From a virus (lineage: Duplodnaviria > Caudoviricetes): 64,000 nt of DNA. Of this stretch, positions 47,354 to 56,555 are shown one piece after another; positions within the stretch are counted from its first letter, which is position 1, and every line of letters starts with the position of its first letter. Under the pieces are notes generated by a model. That model was not told the DNA's origin and did not search any database. It was given only the letters and a program-made list of their open reading frames with translations. A program made the translations under genes and the position numbers. The stretch is taken from IMG/VR virus record IMGVR_UViG_3300005841_000939; one strand, written 5' to 3'.

Positions 47354-47674
47354 ACTGGAGGATAAATCATGTGGCCATTCCATACACATAAGATGACGAA
47401 GGCCAACTCGCTTTTTATTGGTGATTATGTCATCACTAATAAAACTCCTGTGTATGTGAATGTTGAACAATGCGATTATCCTGTGTTAAGTCATGTTGAA
47501 GAAAAAGAAGTAACCTATAAGGATTGTTCATTAATAATCAATGAATGTAAAAAGTGTGGCAAGCGTGAAGCTCACATTGTCGCACCAACCGAAAAATTTC
47601 CAGTGCAAGTTGATTGGGCTGATTGTTTCATTTACAATTTTTATCAAAAGAATCAAACTGGAGGATAAATCATG
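47353..47674 (+). repeat. 19-bp direct repeat AACTGGAGGATAAATCATG (RBS+start) flanking one gene
   Basis: Exact copies at 47353-47371 and 47656-47674. Confidence 0.85.
47369..47668 (+). CDS. hypothetical Zn-ribbon protein
   Basis: GGAGG RBS; CKKCG. Confidence 0.65.
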   Translation: MWPFHTHKMTKANSLFIGDYVITNKTPVYVNVEQCDYPVLSHVEEKEVTYKDCSLIINECKKCGKREAHIVAPTEKFPVQVDWADCFIYNFYQKNQTGG

Positions 47675-48037
47675 GCTATTTGCATCACTCCAAAACCTGA
47701 TCATCCAATTGATAAGTCCCGTCTTAAATTGAAAGTTAAGACTCAGAAGATCATCAATGTGATGCACAACGACCTTGATCATTTCATCAATCTGATGCTT
47801 GATATTCCAAAGGAAAGCCAATTTTGTTTGGAGGATCATTTACGAGAAGGACGTGATGCCAAATACAATTTCATGGCCAAGAAGGAATATGACCGTGACA
47901 TCACAATGAAAATTCAAAACTGGATTTTCGCAAAGTATCCTGTCAACAACAAACCTACTGTCCGAGAAATGATCAAGTATCTGGCAGACTCAAAGCGCAT
48001 TATGCATGGAATGTATATTGTGCGGGTTACTGGATAA
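47672..48037 (+). CDS. hypothetical protein
   Basis: GGAGG RBS. Confidence 0.7.
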   Translation: MAICITPKPDHPIDKSRLKLKVKTQKIINVMHNDLDHFINLMLDIPKESQFCLEDHLREGRDAKYNFMAKKEYDRDITMKIQNWIFAKYPVNNKPTVREMIKYLADSKRIMHGMYIVRVTG

Positions 48038-48048
48038 AAACCAACTGG

Positions 48049-48303
48049 ATGATAATAATGAAAATAATTAAATACATTGAACAGATGCCCGTCAAAGGAA
48101 AAGAACATATTCCTGTCAAACCAGATTTAGGCATTGGAACTATTGTTGAATACATGGGAACTGTTTGCACTGTGCAACATAGAAGGCAAACAGAATTAAA
48201 TTCAGGTTGGTTATATACCCTTTTGACACCTGATGGAAAATTTTTACCTGTCTATGGTACAGAAGCTATCATGCATTATAATAAGGTCAATAATAAAAAA
48301 TAG
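48049..48303 (+). CDS. hypothetical protein
   Basis: ORF. Confidence 0.55.
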   Translation: MIIMKIIKYIEQMPVKGKEHIPVKPDLGIGTIVEYMGTVCTVQHRRQTELNSGWLYTLLTPDGKFLPVYGTEAIMHYNKVNNKK

Positions 48304-48343
48304 GTCTTGACCTTAACTCATTTATATGTAAGCTATAAACATC

Positions 48344-48700
48344 ATGGCACAGATCACTTACTACCACGTAACCGAATCTCAGAACGTGGAATCCATTATG
48401 CAAAAGGGTCTTGTGCCGCAGGTTGGCAATCAGACTCGCGATCGGGATGCTGATATTTTCAATCGTGTTGATGCGGTATATGTGTTCATCTATAAGGATG
48501 ACATGCAGAAGTTTTTGGACAAAGGTGTGTATGGTGATTTTTACTATATGCAGAACACCTTTGTGTCTGTCTTTGAAGTGACATGCGATGACAGCATATT
48601 CCCAATCAAAACGAATTGGTATGCATCAACGAACAAAGTTATTCCGCCATCGTGCTTGAAGGTGATCGTTTCAGAATTCCCCGTCAACAGCATTTTCTAA
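48344..48700 (+). CDS. ADP-ribosyltransferase-fold-like small protein
   Basis: YYHVT..NVESIMQKGL..AVYVF..IPPSCL. Confidence 0.55.
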   Translation: MAQITYYHVTESQNVESIMQKGLVPQVGNQTRDRDADIFNRVDAVYVFIYKDDMQKFLDKGVYGDFYYMQNTFVSVFEVTCDDSIFPIKTNWYASTNKVIPPSCLKVIVSEFPVNSIF

Positions 48701-48711
48701 AGGAAAATATC

Positions 48712-49233
48712 ATGAGCCAGATTCACACTGCGGGCGCTATCACTGTCTGCAAATTAGTTAAAGGTGATTCCGATAACAAGTGGAATGAAAATATCATCCT
48801 GATCATCAGTGGACACAAGGCCGTTACGGTGACTCTGGAATCAGTCATTGTTAATGGTGTGAATTATCATGCTCGCATCACATACTATCGTGACAATCAA
48901 GATTTAAGTAAGTGGCATCGCGATGGCGAAAATACATTCGTTCATCGGAATGATCAACCGAGAAAGAAGCCCATCCCTGCTGATAAGGATGTCATCTATA
49001 TCCTGACAGACAAAATCATGGAAGAATCTCATAACGCCTTTCCGAATTTGTTCATGATGGCAGATAAAACATATTATCTGGATCAAGTTAATATTAATAC
49101 CGCAAAGGCAATTGAGCTTGAAAAACAGGCTGCTGGTTTGCGTGGGTTCAGCAAAACCTTGGAACATAATCTGATGGAGCGAAACAAATTCTATAATCAA
49201 ATCATCGCGGATAGGAATGCGGCGAAGACTTGA
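48712..49233 (+). CDS. hypothetical protein
   Basis: AAGGA RBS. Confidence 0.7.
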   Translation: MSQIHTAGAITVCKLVKGDSDNKWNENIILIISGHKAVTVTLESVIVNGVNYHARITYYRDNQDLSKWHRDGENTFVHRNDQPRKKPIPADKDVIYILTDKIMEESHNAFPNLFMMADKTYYLDQVNINTAKAIELEKQAAGLRGFSKTLEHNLMERNKFYNQIIADRNAAKT

Positions 49234-49287
49234 CAAACCTTAATCATCGTTAGTTATATCCCATTCAGCAATGAGTGGGATTTTCCT

Positions 49288-49692
49288 TTGAATAAAAGAA
49301 TACTTGAGGAAGCTGTAAAGATTGCCCTCAAAAAATTAAGTTCCCATCCTCAATATTCTTGTTATCCTCATTACTCATTTCTTGTGCAGGGAAACAAAAT
49401 CCTTGCTACGGGAATGAATAATACCGGCAACTCAATGCCAAGGCATTATGGCCATTACTCTAGGATAACTGATGGTTTACCCAAAACCCATGCAGAAGTG
49501 GTTGCATGGAAGAAGGGAAGAGGTCTGATGGACAAATCAAAGCCTTGGGAAATGATTAATATCAGGCTCAATCGTCAATCAAAGATCATGAATTCAGCAC
49601 CTTGCCCTGATTGTTTTACATTAATGAAGTCCTTGGGCTGTACGAATATTCATTATTCTACGGATTTAGGTTTCGTTAAATTGCCGACTTGA
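49288..49692 (+). CDS. cytidine/deoxycytidylate deaminase-family Zn protein
   Basis: THAEV..SAPCPDC (HxE..PCxxC). Confidence 0.8.
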   Translation: MNKRILEEAVKIALKKLSSHPQYSCYPHYSFLVQGNKILATGMNNTGNSMPRHYGHYSRITDGLPKTHAEVVAWKKGRGLMDKSKPWEMINIRLNRQSKIMNSAPCPDCFTLMKSLGCTNIHYSTDLGFVKLPT

Positions 49693-49736
49693 CTCTCACC
49701 TTAAGTATGTTAGTCCATTAATCCCCAGGAAACACC

Positions 49737-50042
49737 ATGGCCAAGATCAAGACCAACGACATGAGCATCAACCCTGATGCAATGCCCAAGAGCAACACCC
49801 AGGAATCGTCTGCCAACGGAAAGGCAAAGCGTGTTCGTGAACGCAAGGTCCTGCCCAAGAATCTGCGTTCGCATCGTCGTGGCCACCGGGCGCGTGCCAA
49901 TCGCATCTACGTCCAGACCAACAAGGCCGCCATCGTCTACATCCCTGCTGCCGAAGCTGATAAGCTGGTAGCTGAAGGTTCGGGCAAGTACATTGCTCGC
50001 CAGAAGGCCAAGGCTATCCTCGCCAAGAAGAAGGCTGCGTAA
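49737..50042 (+). CDS. very basic hypothetical protein
   Basis: Arg/Lys-rich; CAGGA RBS. Confidence 0.7.
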   Translation: MAKIKTNDMSINPDAMPKSNTQESSANGKAKRVRERKVLPKNLRSHRRGHRARANRIYVQTNKAAIVYIPAAEADKLVAEGSGKYIARQKAKAILAKKKAA

Positions 50043-50351
50043 ATGCGCAAAGCATATACTCTTTCTGAATTGATTGGGTGCCTTTCAATTATCATCTTTG
50101 TGGTCGTATTGATCGCAGTGATGATCAACTGGATGTTTCATACCCAATGGTTCGCTCGGCATTGGGGCGGCTCGTATACCATGGAACTGCCAGCCAATGA
50201 AAAGGTTGTGACAGTTTCATGGAAGGATTCCAATCTCTGGATCCTGACTCGTCCCATGAAAAAGGATGAGGTTGCTGAAACCTTTACACTGCATGAGAGT
50301 TCCAACTTCGGAGTTCTCCAGGGTACTGTTGTTATCACAGAGAAAAAATAA
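50043..50351 (+). CDS. membrane-anchored phage protein with prepilin-like N-terminus
   Basis: MRKAYTLSELI + TM; body WGG..ELP..SWKDSNLWILTRPM. Confidence 0.7.
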   Translation: MRKAYTLSELIGCLSIIIFVVVLIAVMINWMFHTQWFARHWGGSYTMELPANEKVVTVSWKDSNLWILTRPMKKDEVAETFTLHESSNFGVLQGTVVITEKK

Positions 50352-50393
50352 GAATTGACATGTAAAGGATATCTATATACTCTTTACATATAT

Positions 50394-50469
<76 letters not shown>

Positions 50470-50542
50470 TATTCAAATGCTCTTTAGAGACAACGGATCA
50501 TACATTTGCAAGTAATTTAGGAGAGCAAATTCTCCTCAGCTC

Positions 50543-50631
50543 GGGCGAGTACCGGACTGTTCTTATAAAGCAGATTACCGTAATCGGTGGCGATAGTATC
50601 AATGTGGGTTCGAGTCCCACCTTGCCCACCA
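50543..50631 (+). ncRNA. D-armless tRNA-like RNA with TAT anticodon-type loop and long variable region
   Basis: GGGCGAG/CTTGCCC acceptor, GTGGG-TTCGAGT-CCCAC T-arm, ACCA; stem CTGTT/AGCAG with loop CTTATAA. Confidence 0.6.
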
Positions 50632-50665
50632 AAAAGGCGTTGATTTACTTCACTTGTATGATAAA

Positions 50666-50752
50666 CGGCTTGTGGCGGAATTGGCAGACGCGGGGGACTT
50701 AAAATCCCCTCCCAGCAATGGGGTGCGGGTTCGAGTCCCGCCGGGCCGACCA
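50666..50752 (+). tRNA. tRNA-Leu(TAA)
   Basis: Class II cloverleaf, loop CTTAAAA, CCA. Confidence 0.93.
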
Positions 50753-50832
50753 AATTAATAGAACCCATGTCAATGACAGGCATGGGTATTTTTACCTTGT
50801 ATCTGAACCTTATTTGCTATTATAAAGTCATC

Positions 50833-51300
50833 ATGAACGAACCAATCACCCTGACCAATCCTCACGATGGCGAAAAATGGACTTCGGGCAAGCGTGGTCG
50901 CAAGCCGAAGTGGGTGACCGAAATGTTGGAAGGCAAAGTGCCAACCAAAATCGAAGAAGTGGTGAAGGTGGCAAAGGAACCATCTGAGAAGAAGGTGGCT
51001 GCTGAAAAGCCGGTTGAAGTGAAAGTGGAGCCGACTTCCTTCTGCTGGTGGTACAAAGGTGAGGATGATGACAGTGGCGTGAACTATGGCGCCAAGGTTC
51101 GCTGCTTCGTCCATGCGAAAAACTTCAAGGATGCTCTCGCTCTGCTCTCCGCAACGTTCAGCACTCCCGTTACGCAATATGAATTGCAAACGAAGTGGAA
51201 GGTTGGTAGTGATGCCGCTCTGACCCATAACGGGAGGTTTGGCGTCTGGAACTACATCAACGGCCAGTGGGTTGAACGCGAAGCCAAGAAACGCGCTTGA
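50833..51300 (+). CDS. protein with N-terminal H-NS-like DNA-binding motif
   Basis: NPHDGEKWTSGKRGRKPKW resembles H-NS C-terminal consensus. Confidence 0.6.
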   Translation: MNEPITLTNPHDGEKWTSGKRGRKPKWVTEMLEGKVPTKIEEVVKVAKEPSEKKVAAEKPVEVKVEPTSFCWWYKGEDDDSGVNYGAKVRCFVHAKNFKDALALLSATFSTPVTQYELQTKWKVGSDAALTHNGRFGVWNYINGQWVEREAKKRA

Positions 51301-51332
51301 CATCGCAGTATCAATGACTTATCAATGAGGCC

Positions 51333-51581
51333 ATGAAGACATCTGCACTCGCTTTGACCCTTATCGCAAATAATGTGAAAGAGGACGAAGCGAATGCGAT
51401 GCTTTATGTGCTTGGTCATGATGGACATAAGGCATTGATGTCGCGGATCCCATTTTCCGTAATAGAAGATGGTAAGATTATCCGCAAGTGGAAGGTACAA
51501 GCGTATCTTCCTCAACATAAAGCACAGAAAATAAAGAAGGCAGTGAGGAACGCATGTTTGCCAGCATTAAGCGTTTCGTAA
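51333..51581 (+). CDS. hypothetical protein
   Basis: ORF. Confidence 0.6.
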   Translation: MKTSALALTLIANNVKEDEANAMLYVLGHDGHKALMSRIPFSVIEDGKIIRKWKVQAYLPQHKAQKIKKAVRNACLPALSVS

Positions 51582-51817
51582 AATACCTGCTGCATTGCAT
51601 TGATCAACTGGCGGATCAAGGAGAGTTTTGTAAGAAATTACCTTTGAAGAGTCAGGTATATTTCTATTCAGGCAAGCAAATTTATATTGGTGTCATCATG
51701 CATTATGATCCTGATGACAAACATGATATTCATTTCATGTATGAGAATAAACCGTGGCATATTATTTTGTCACACAATGCTGTAATTCCTTGCTGTATGG
51801 AATTGCAAAGCACTTAG
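51554..51817 (+). CDS. hypothetical protein
   Basis: GAGGA RBS. Confidence 0.6.
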   Translation: MFASIKRFVKYLLHCIDQLADQGEFCKKLPLKSQVYFYSGKQIYIGVIMHYDPDDKHDIHFMYENKPWHIILSHNAVIPCCMELQST

Positions 51818-51923
51818 TAACAAAAAGTGCTACTAGGAACAGCAAACAGACTATTGACGCTGAAATCTGTTTGCATACAGTGCTGAGTAATCCAATCAAT
51901 TAACCTTAAAGAAAGGGCATACC

Positions 51924-52535
51924 ATGCTCGAAGAAACCTCCCAAACGGTGGCTGAAGAAATTATTGCCGAAACTCCTGCCTTATCTGATGTGTCTGAAAC
52001 TGTTGAAAGTAATGAGGAGATGCAGGCGCGTATCATGCGTCGGAAAACAATCAATGCCGAAATAATACGTTCCCTCAAATCCAATCGCAAGATCAATAAA
52101 TGGATGACGGGATCCAGAGATTTTAACGAAGAAGATATTGTCCGTGATGAAGATGGAAACGAAGTAAAATCCGAATCACACAAAGAAGATAACAAATGGC
52201 CACAGCTTGAAGAAGTAGTAAACCCTGTCGGCACTCTTGAAATTCTGCTTGTGGTTGGCTGTTTGGAAGAGTTGACCCGTGTAGATCCAACGTGGGTTTA
52301 TTTGAAGAATGAACCATCATCAATAGTCAAACGTGTCAGAAAATGGTTGATCAATAATAACCAATCAATTATAGGTGCCTTTGAACATGGCTCCTTAACT
52401 TCTGCAATTGAATTCTGTAAAATCCGAGATGATAAATGGGGAATATGGGAATATCTCAGCACTCCTGAATCAACTGTTGAAGGATATTTCCCAGCAGAAA
52501 ATATTGTTGACAAGGTCCAAGATCCCGTACAGTAA
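51924..52535 (+). CDS. hypothetical acidic protein
   Basis: Promoter TTGACG-N16-TACAGT. Confidence 0.75.
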   Translation: MLEETSQTVAEEIIAETPALSDVSETVESNEEMQARIMRRKTINAEIIRSLKSNRKINKWMTGSRDFNEEDIVRDEDGNEVKSESHKEDNKWPQLEEVVNPVGTLEILLVVGCLEELTRVDPTWVYLKNEPSSIVKRVRKWLINNNQSIIGAFEHGSLTSAIEFCKIRDDKWGIWEYLSTPESTVEGYFPAENIVDKVQDPVQ

Positions 52536-52556
52536 AGGGATACAAGGGTTTATATC

Positions 52557-52976
52557 ATGGCTGAAACCATTCATCGTGTTCAGGAACTCGCTCATGCATT
52601 AGGGTTCACAAATGCCTTTGAGATGGTTCAGGCCCTGTATGAAAATGAAAAAGCGATTCGTGAATGCGGTGTGGAATTGATTTTGTATTATTCGCACAAC
52701 ATCACTTTTAGTTCACGGAATAATTGCGCACAACAACATCTTCCTAATGATAAACATCCATCACTTTCCTGGAGTGTTCCGATCCGAGAATATACTTGGT
52801 ATGCTCCTGGTAATCCTGATTCATTTATCTTTAAATCAATCAATGCTGATGGGGAAGAAGTATATACCGAACAATTCATCTTCGGATTTTCAAACTGCAA
52901 CAAAGAAGAAATAGAAAAAGCATTAGACACCTTAGACGATACAGTCTACCTCTCCAACAAAGAAACCACCAAATGA
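52557..52976 (+). CDS. hypothetical protein
   Basis: ORF. Confidence 0.7.
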   Translation: MAETIHRVQELAHALGFTNAFEMVQALYENEKAIRECGVELILYYSHNITFSSRNNCAQQHLPNDKHPSLSWSVPIREYTWYAPGNPDSFIFKSINADGEEVYTEQFIFGFSNCNKEEIEKALDTLDDTVYLSNKETTK

Positions 52977-53410
52977 AAAAACTCCTCATTCTCATCGGCC
53001 CACCTGGCTCAGGCAAAAGCACATTCGCCAAAGAATATACGGCGAAGCTTGAAGCTGCGGGCAACAATTTCAGCATCCGTTCAACTGATGATCAGTTCAT
53101 GAAGGATGGCAAGTATTGTTTCGACCGCACCAAGTTGGGCCAATATCATCACAACAATATGATCCTGGCTGCAAAAGACATGGATTTGAATATTGATGTG
53201 GTGATCATCGACAACACCAACGTTAATCCCAGGGATTACAAAGTGTACATTGATGCTGCCAATTCGCGCGGCTACGAAGTTGAATATCACACGATGGATA
53301 CCGATTTGGATACGTGCTTGGCTCGCAATGCCACTCGTACACCCGATCGCAAAGTTCCTGATGATGTGGTCAAGCGCATGTGGGAAACTGTCAATAAACA
53401 AAACAAGTGA
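52973..53410 (+). CDS. P-loop kinase (AAA_33/polynucleotide-kinase-like)
   Basis: LIGPPGSGKST, STDD, IIDNTN, CLARN..VPDDVV.RM. Confidence 0.85.
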   Translation: MKKLLILIGPPGSGKSTFAKEYTAKLEAAGNNFSIRSTDDQFMKDGKYCFDRTKLGQYHHNNMILAAKDMDLNIDVVIIDNTNVNPRDYKVYIDAANSRGYEVEYHTMDTDLDTCLARNATRTPDRKVPDDVVKRMWETVNKQNK

Positions 53411-53416
53411 TAGAAT

Positions 53417-53674
53417 TTGCTGATGAAGTTTTATCAGCCTATTCAAGACATCACTCAGGTTATCAAGGAGCCCTTCTTTAAAAAGAATGTGGCTCCGACA
53501 TTGCTTTCTGGTGGCGTCTTCATTTTCAATAAATTTGAAGATTCCTCAGAATATTTTGTAGTGATGGTGCGACAACACGACGAAATCAGCCAAATACCTC
53601 CCTCAAGACCTAGCAATTGGTTCTTGACTGAGGAAGATATACCGATAAATAATGATCATCATGAAGAAGACTAA
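53417..53674 (+). CDS. hypothetical protein
   Basis: ORF. Confidence 0.55.
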   Translation: MLMKFYQPIQDITQVIKEPFFKKNVAPTLLSGGVFIFNKFEDSSEYFVVMVRQHDEISQIPPSRPSNWFLTEEDIPINNDHHEED

Positions 53675-53810
53675 GGAAATAAAGGGAGCTAATAGAGAAG
53701 TTCGCCAAGAAATGATCCGTAAGCACGGTGATTCTTGGAAAGTTCCTGCTCCCAAAGTCTTCAGAGATAAGAAGCGTGAAGCTAGCCGACGCTGGAATTC
53801 TGACGATTAA
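53661..53810 (+). CDS. 49-aa basic peptide
   Basis: MKKTKEIKGANREVRQEM..; below ORF-track cutoff. Confidence 0.45.
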   Translation: MKKTKEIKGANREVRQEMIRKHGDSWKVPAPKVFRDKKREASRRWNSDD

Positions 53811-53970
53811 TCCAGAGTTCCTTGGCTGTCTCAGCCATAAACTTTGTTCGAGTAAGCTTTTCTAATGCATCTGTGAAGTGTTCACAGTCAAAGCTTTCCT
53901 CCATGATGCCAGTAATCATTTCCTCTGATAGGCCAGTTTCGGATGATAGCTGGGTTAAATGAGAACTCAT
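53782..53970 (-). CDS. small hypothetical protein
   Basis: TTGACA-N15-TAGAAT and GGAG upstream. Confidence 0.6.
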   Translation of the reverse strand: MSSHLTQLSSETGLSEEMITGIMEESFDCEHFTDALEKLTRTKFMAETAKELWINRQNSSVG

Positions 53971-54142
53971 CAGGTCTCCATTCTAAGAACGCTTGGCATG
54001 TGTCAACAATACCTTCTTAACATGCATTTAAGCCTAGTCAAGAATTACCTTAGTATCTGATTAGACCTAAAAATGTTTATTGCTTTTTCACCTTAAGTCT
54101 TTACAGTCATCAACATACCAATCATACAGAAAGCGAATAATC

Positions 54143-56488
54143 ATGCTTGTAGCAACCAAGTCGGAACAAGTCGGTCGCCATGGGGAAATGAAAGTTTCCA
54201 CTCTGACCATCGATAATCCTGGCATGATGCTTGCGCACATGTTTGATACGATCTATACCAACAAGGCAAAAATCGTTGTTCAGGAGATCGCTTGCAATTG
54301 TCGCGATGCTCACAGAGAAGTAGGAAAGGCTGATGTTCCGATTACCATCAAGCTGCCGAACAAGCTTGACACTTCTTTGCAGTTCATTGATGAGGGTCCA
54401 GGCCTTTCTCCCCAACGAATCGATGCGATATACAACAGTGTCGGTGCATCTACCAAGCGCGGCAGCAACGATCAAACTGGCGGGTTTGGTATCGGATCAA
54501 AAACTCCTTGGTCCCTGACCAACATGTTCCTGGTCAAGACAACTGCCTGGGAAGGAGAAGGTGAAAATCGCGAATTGGTATATCGCGAATACACCATGCT
54601 CCGTGAAGGATTATTTTTCACTTGCAATCAAACTGGTGATCCTGAAGTGAAGGACCCTGCTCTGAATAAGAGCGGCACCATTATTGAAATGCAACTGGAG
54701 GAAAAGGAATGGCAGAATATTGAATCAGAAATTCAGAAAATCTTTATCTCATGGGATCCCAAGCCAAATATCCTTGGTTATTCTAGCGGTGAATGGGTTT
54801 GGAAAACCAGACTTGATCCGCTGTTTGAGGGAAAAGGTTGGAAAGTTTACAATGGTCAGGCTTATTACAATCACACGCATGTCTTCATGGACAATATTCC
54901 ATATCCGTTGGATTGGAGCGCAATGGAAACTGCGTTTGTCAGCTTGATGACTGATGTTTCAATTCCTGGAACTGCCACGGAAGAAATGAATGACATCGTC
55001 ATCAATAAGAACAATGATCCGATGACAAGTGCAAGAATTCGCACGTTGTGGCATCAGGCAGCAATCCTGCAAAATGTAACTTGCGGATTGTTCTTCAAGA
55101 CGGGTGAACTGGATCCCGCATTGAATCGTGAATCGTTGCAGTATACCCCTCAGACTGTTCGGCGCATTGTGGCTCGCATGTTGGCTGCAACTCAAATCAT
55201 CCTCACCACATATCAGAAAAAGGTTGAAGCTGCACCAACGTATGTTGCTGCATTGACCATGTGGAAGGAGTTGGCCAGCAACGTTATCAGAAATCTTATT
55301 TCAGGTTCGCGTGCCAACTGGCGGGGACTGCCTCTGAATACTGCCATGACGATTCACTTCCCTGAATCAGTCATTGTAAACAAAGTGATGCTCCGCAGTA
55401 ATTATAGCCGTCGCGCCAAGTTTTCAATGCGGCAAGAGGAAAGCATCAAACTGGAGGGAATTGATCAAAAGAAGCAAATTTTCGTCAACACTGGCTACAA
55501 CGAACGCAATGTACGCCATTACATGGAGCAAAATAACTTTGGTGGAAATAGCTATGACAGGGAATGCTTATATTTCCTGAGCTTCAAGCCAGGGTTCTCT
55601 GATCGTACTCTTCCACTCCCTGACATTGATGCTAAGGTCATGGAAGAAAGGTTCTTCAAGTCTGATCTATGGGTCGGTTTGGAACATGGTGGCAACAGTG
55701 ATCAGTTCCCGAAAAGGCCGATTATCAGAAATTCAGCAACGGGAAGTCGCGGACCGAAGAAGGATCCCCTCGCTGCCAATATATGGAATTCTGGTTTGAA
55801 GAAATTCCATGCATCTGATGTGATGCTGTCAGTTGACGAGGAAGATGAATCTGAGGATGCCGATCAAAAGGACATCGTCTATGTCTTGACTTTCCGAAAG
55901 GACTGCAACGAATTCAATGGCGACCAATTGAATACGTTGGAACATGCATTGAACATTTCCATCTATGGCGTTTCGGAACGCTTGAAGCATCGCATCCCTG
56001 ATCATTGGGTATCACTTGGGGAAAAGGCACGTGAATGGTTGTCTCAACAGCCTTTGGATTCAACTATCGCCGAATACATTCGCAAGCGCAATATCAATTC
56101 GGTGATGATCAATGCTTGCAAGGATATTTCTGCATCATTTGCAAGCATCATGGCAGATCCGGATTTGGAACAACTTGTCACTGCACCCGATTGGATTGAA
56201 ATGGCCCGTCTCTTCAAGACGACATTCAATTCAGAAACTCAATTGGATACGACTCCTGAATCCAATATCCTCAAGAAAATCAAGGACGTCAACAAAGTCC
56301 TGAGCAATCCACTGACGATTCCCGATATGCCTGAAGCAGAAGAAACCTCTCCTGAAGCAGAAGCTTTGAAAGCTCTGGTTGAAAAGTATTACTTGGTGAG
56401 GCAGGCTGCTGCAAGCTATACGCTTGATGCAACAGTGCTCAATCGCATCATTCCAGACCTGGCTATCTTCATTAATGCCAAAGGATAA
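54143..56488 (+). CDS. rIIA: rIIA-like protein
   Basis: IYTNK..VQEIACNCRDAH, D.GPGL, STK..SN.QTGGFGIGSK.P (GHKL-type N-terminus); adjacent to rIIB. Confidence 0.85.
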   Translation: MLVATKSEQVGRHGEMKVSTLTIDNPGMMLAHMFDTIYTNKAKIVVQEIACNCRDAHREVGKADVPITIKLPNKLDTSLQFIDEGPGLSPQRIDAIYNSVGASTKRGSNDQTGGFGIGSKTPWSLTNMFLVKTTAWEGEGENRELVYREYTMLREGLFFTCNQTGDPEVKDPALNKSGTIIEMQLEEKEWQNIESEIQKIFISWDPKPNILGYSSGEWVWKTRLDPLFEGKGWKVYNGQAYYNHTHVFMDNIPYPLDWSAMETAFVSLMTDVSIPGTATEEMNDIVINKNNDPMTSARIRTLWHQAAILQNVTCGLFFKTGELDPALNRESLQYTPQTVRRIVARMLAATQIILTTYQKKVEAAPTYVAALTMWKELASNVIRNLISGSRANWRGLPLNTAMTIHFPESVIVNKVMLRSNYSRRAKFSMRQEESIKLEGIDQKKQIFVNTGYNERNVRHYMEQNNFGGNSYDRECLYFLSFKPGFSDRTLPLPDIDAKVMEERFFKSDLWVGLEHGGNSDQFPKRPIIRNSATGSRGPKKDPLAANIWNSGLKKFHASDVMLSVDEEDESEDADQKDIVYVLTFRKDCNEFNGDQLNTLEHALNISIYGVSERLKHRIPDHWVSLGEKAREWLSQQPLDSTIAEYIRKRNINSVMINACKDISASFASIMADPDLEQLVTAPDWIEMARLFKTTFNSETQLDTTPESNILKKIKDVNKVLSNPLTIPDMPEAEETSPEAEALKALVEKYYLVRQAAASYTLDATVLNRIIPDLAIFINAKG

Positions 56489-56555
56489 GGTTTGACATTG
56501 CTGTCCCCTTATGTAGAATCAACCCATACAACCAACCCAACCTTGGATCACAGTC

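Noticed and set aside
50470-50542. Possible theta/HDV-like ribozyme after tRNA-Lys
   Set aside because: Only simple hairpins (CAAATG/CATTTG, AGGAG/CTCCT); no nested double pseudoknot could be identified.
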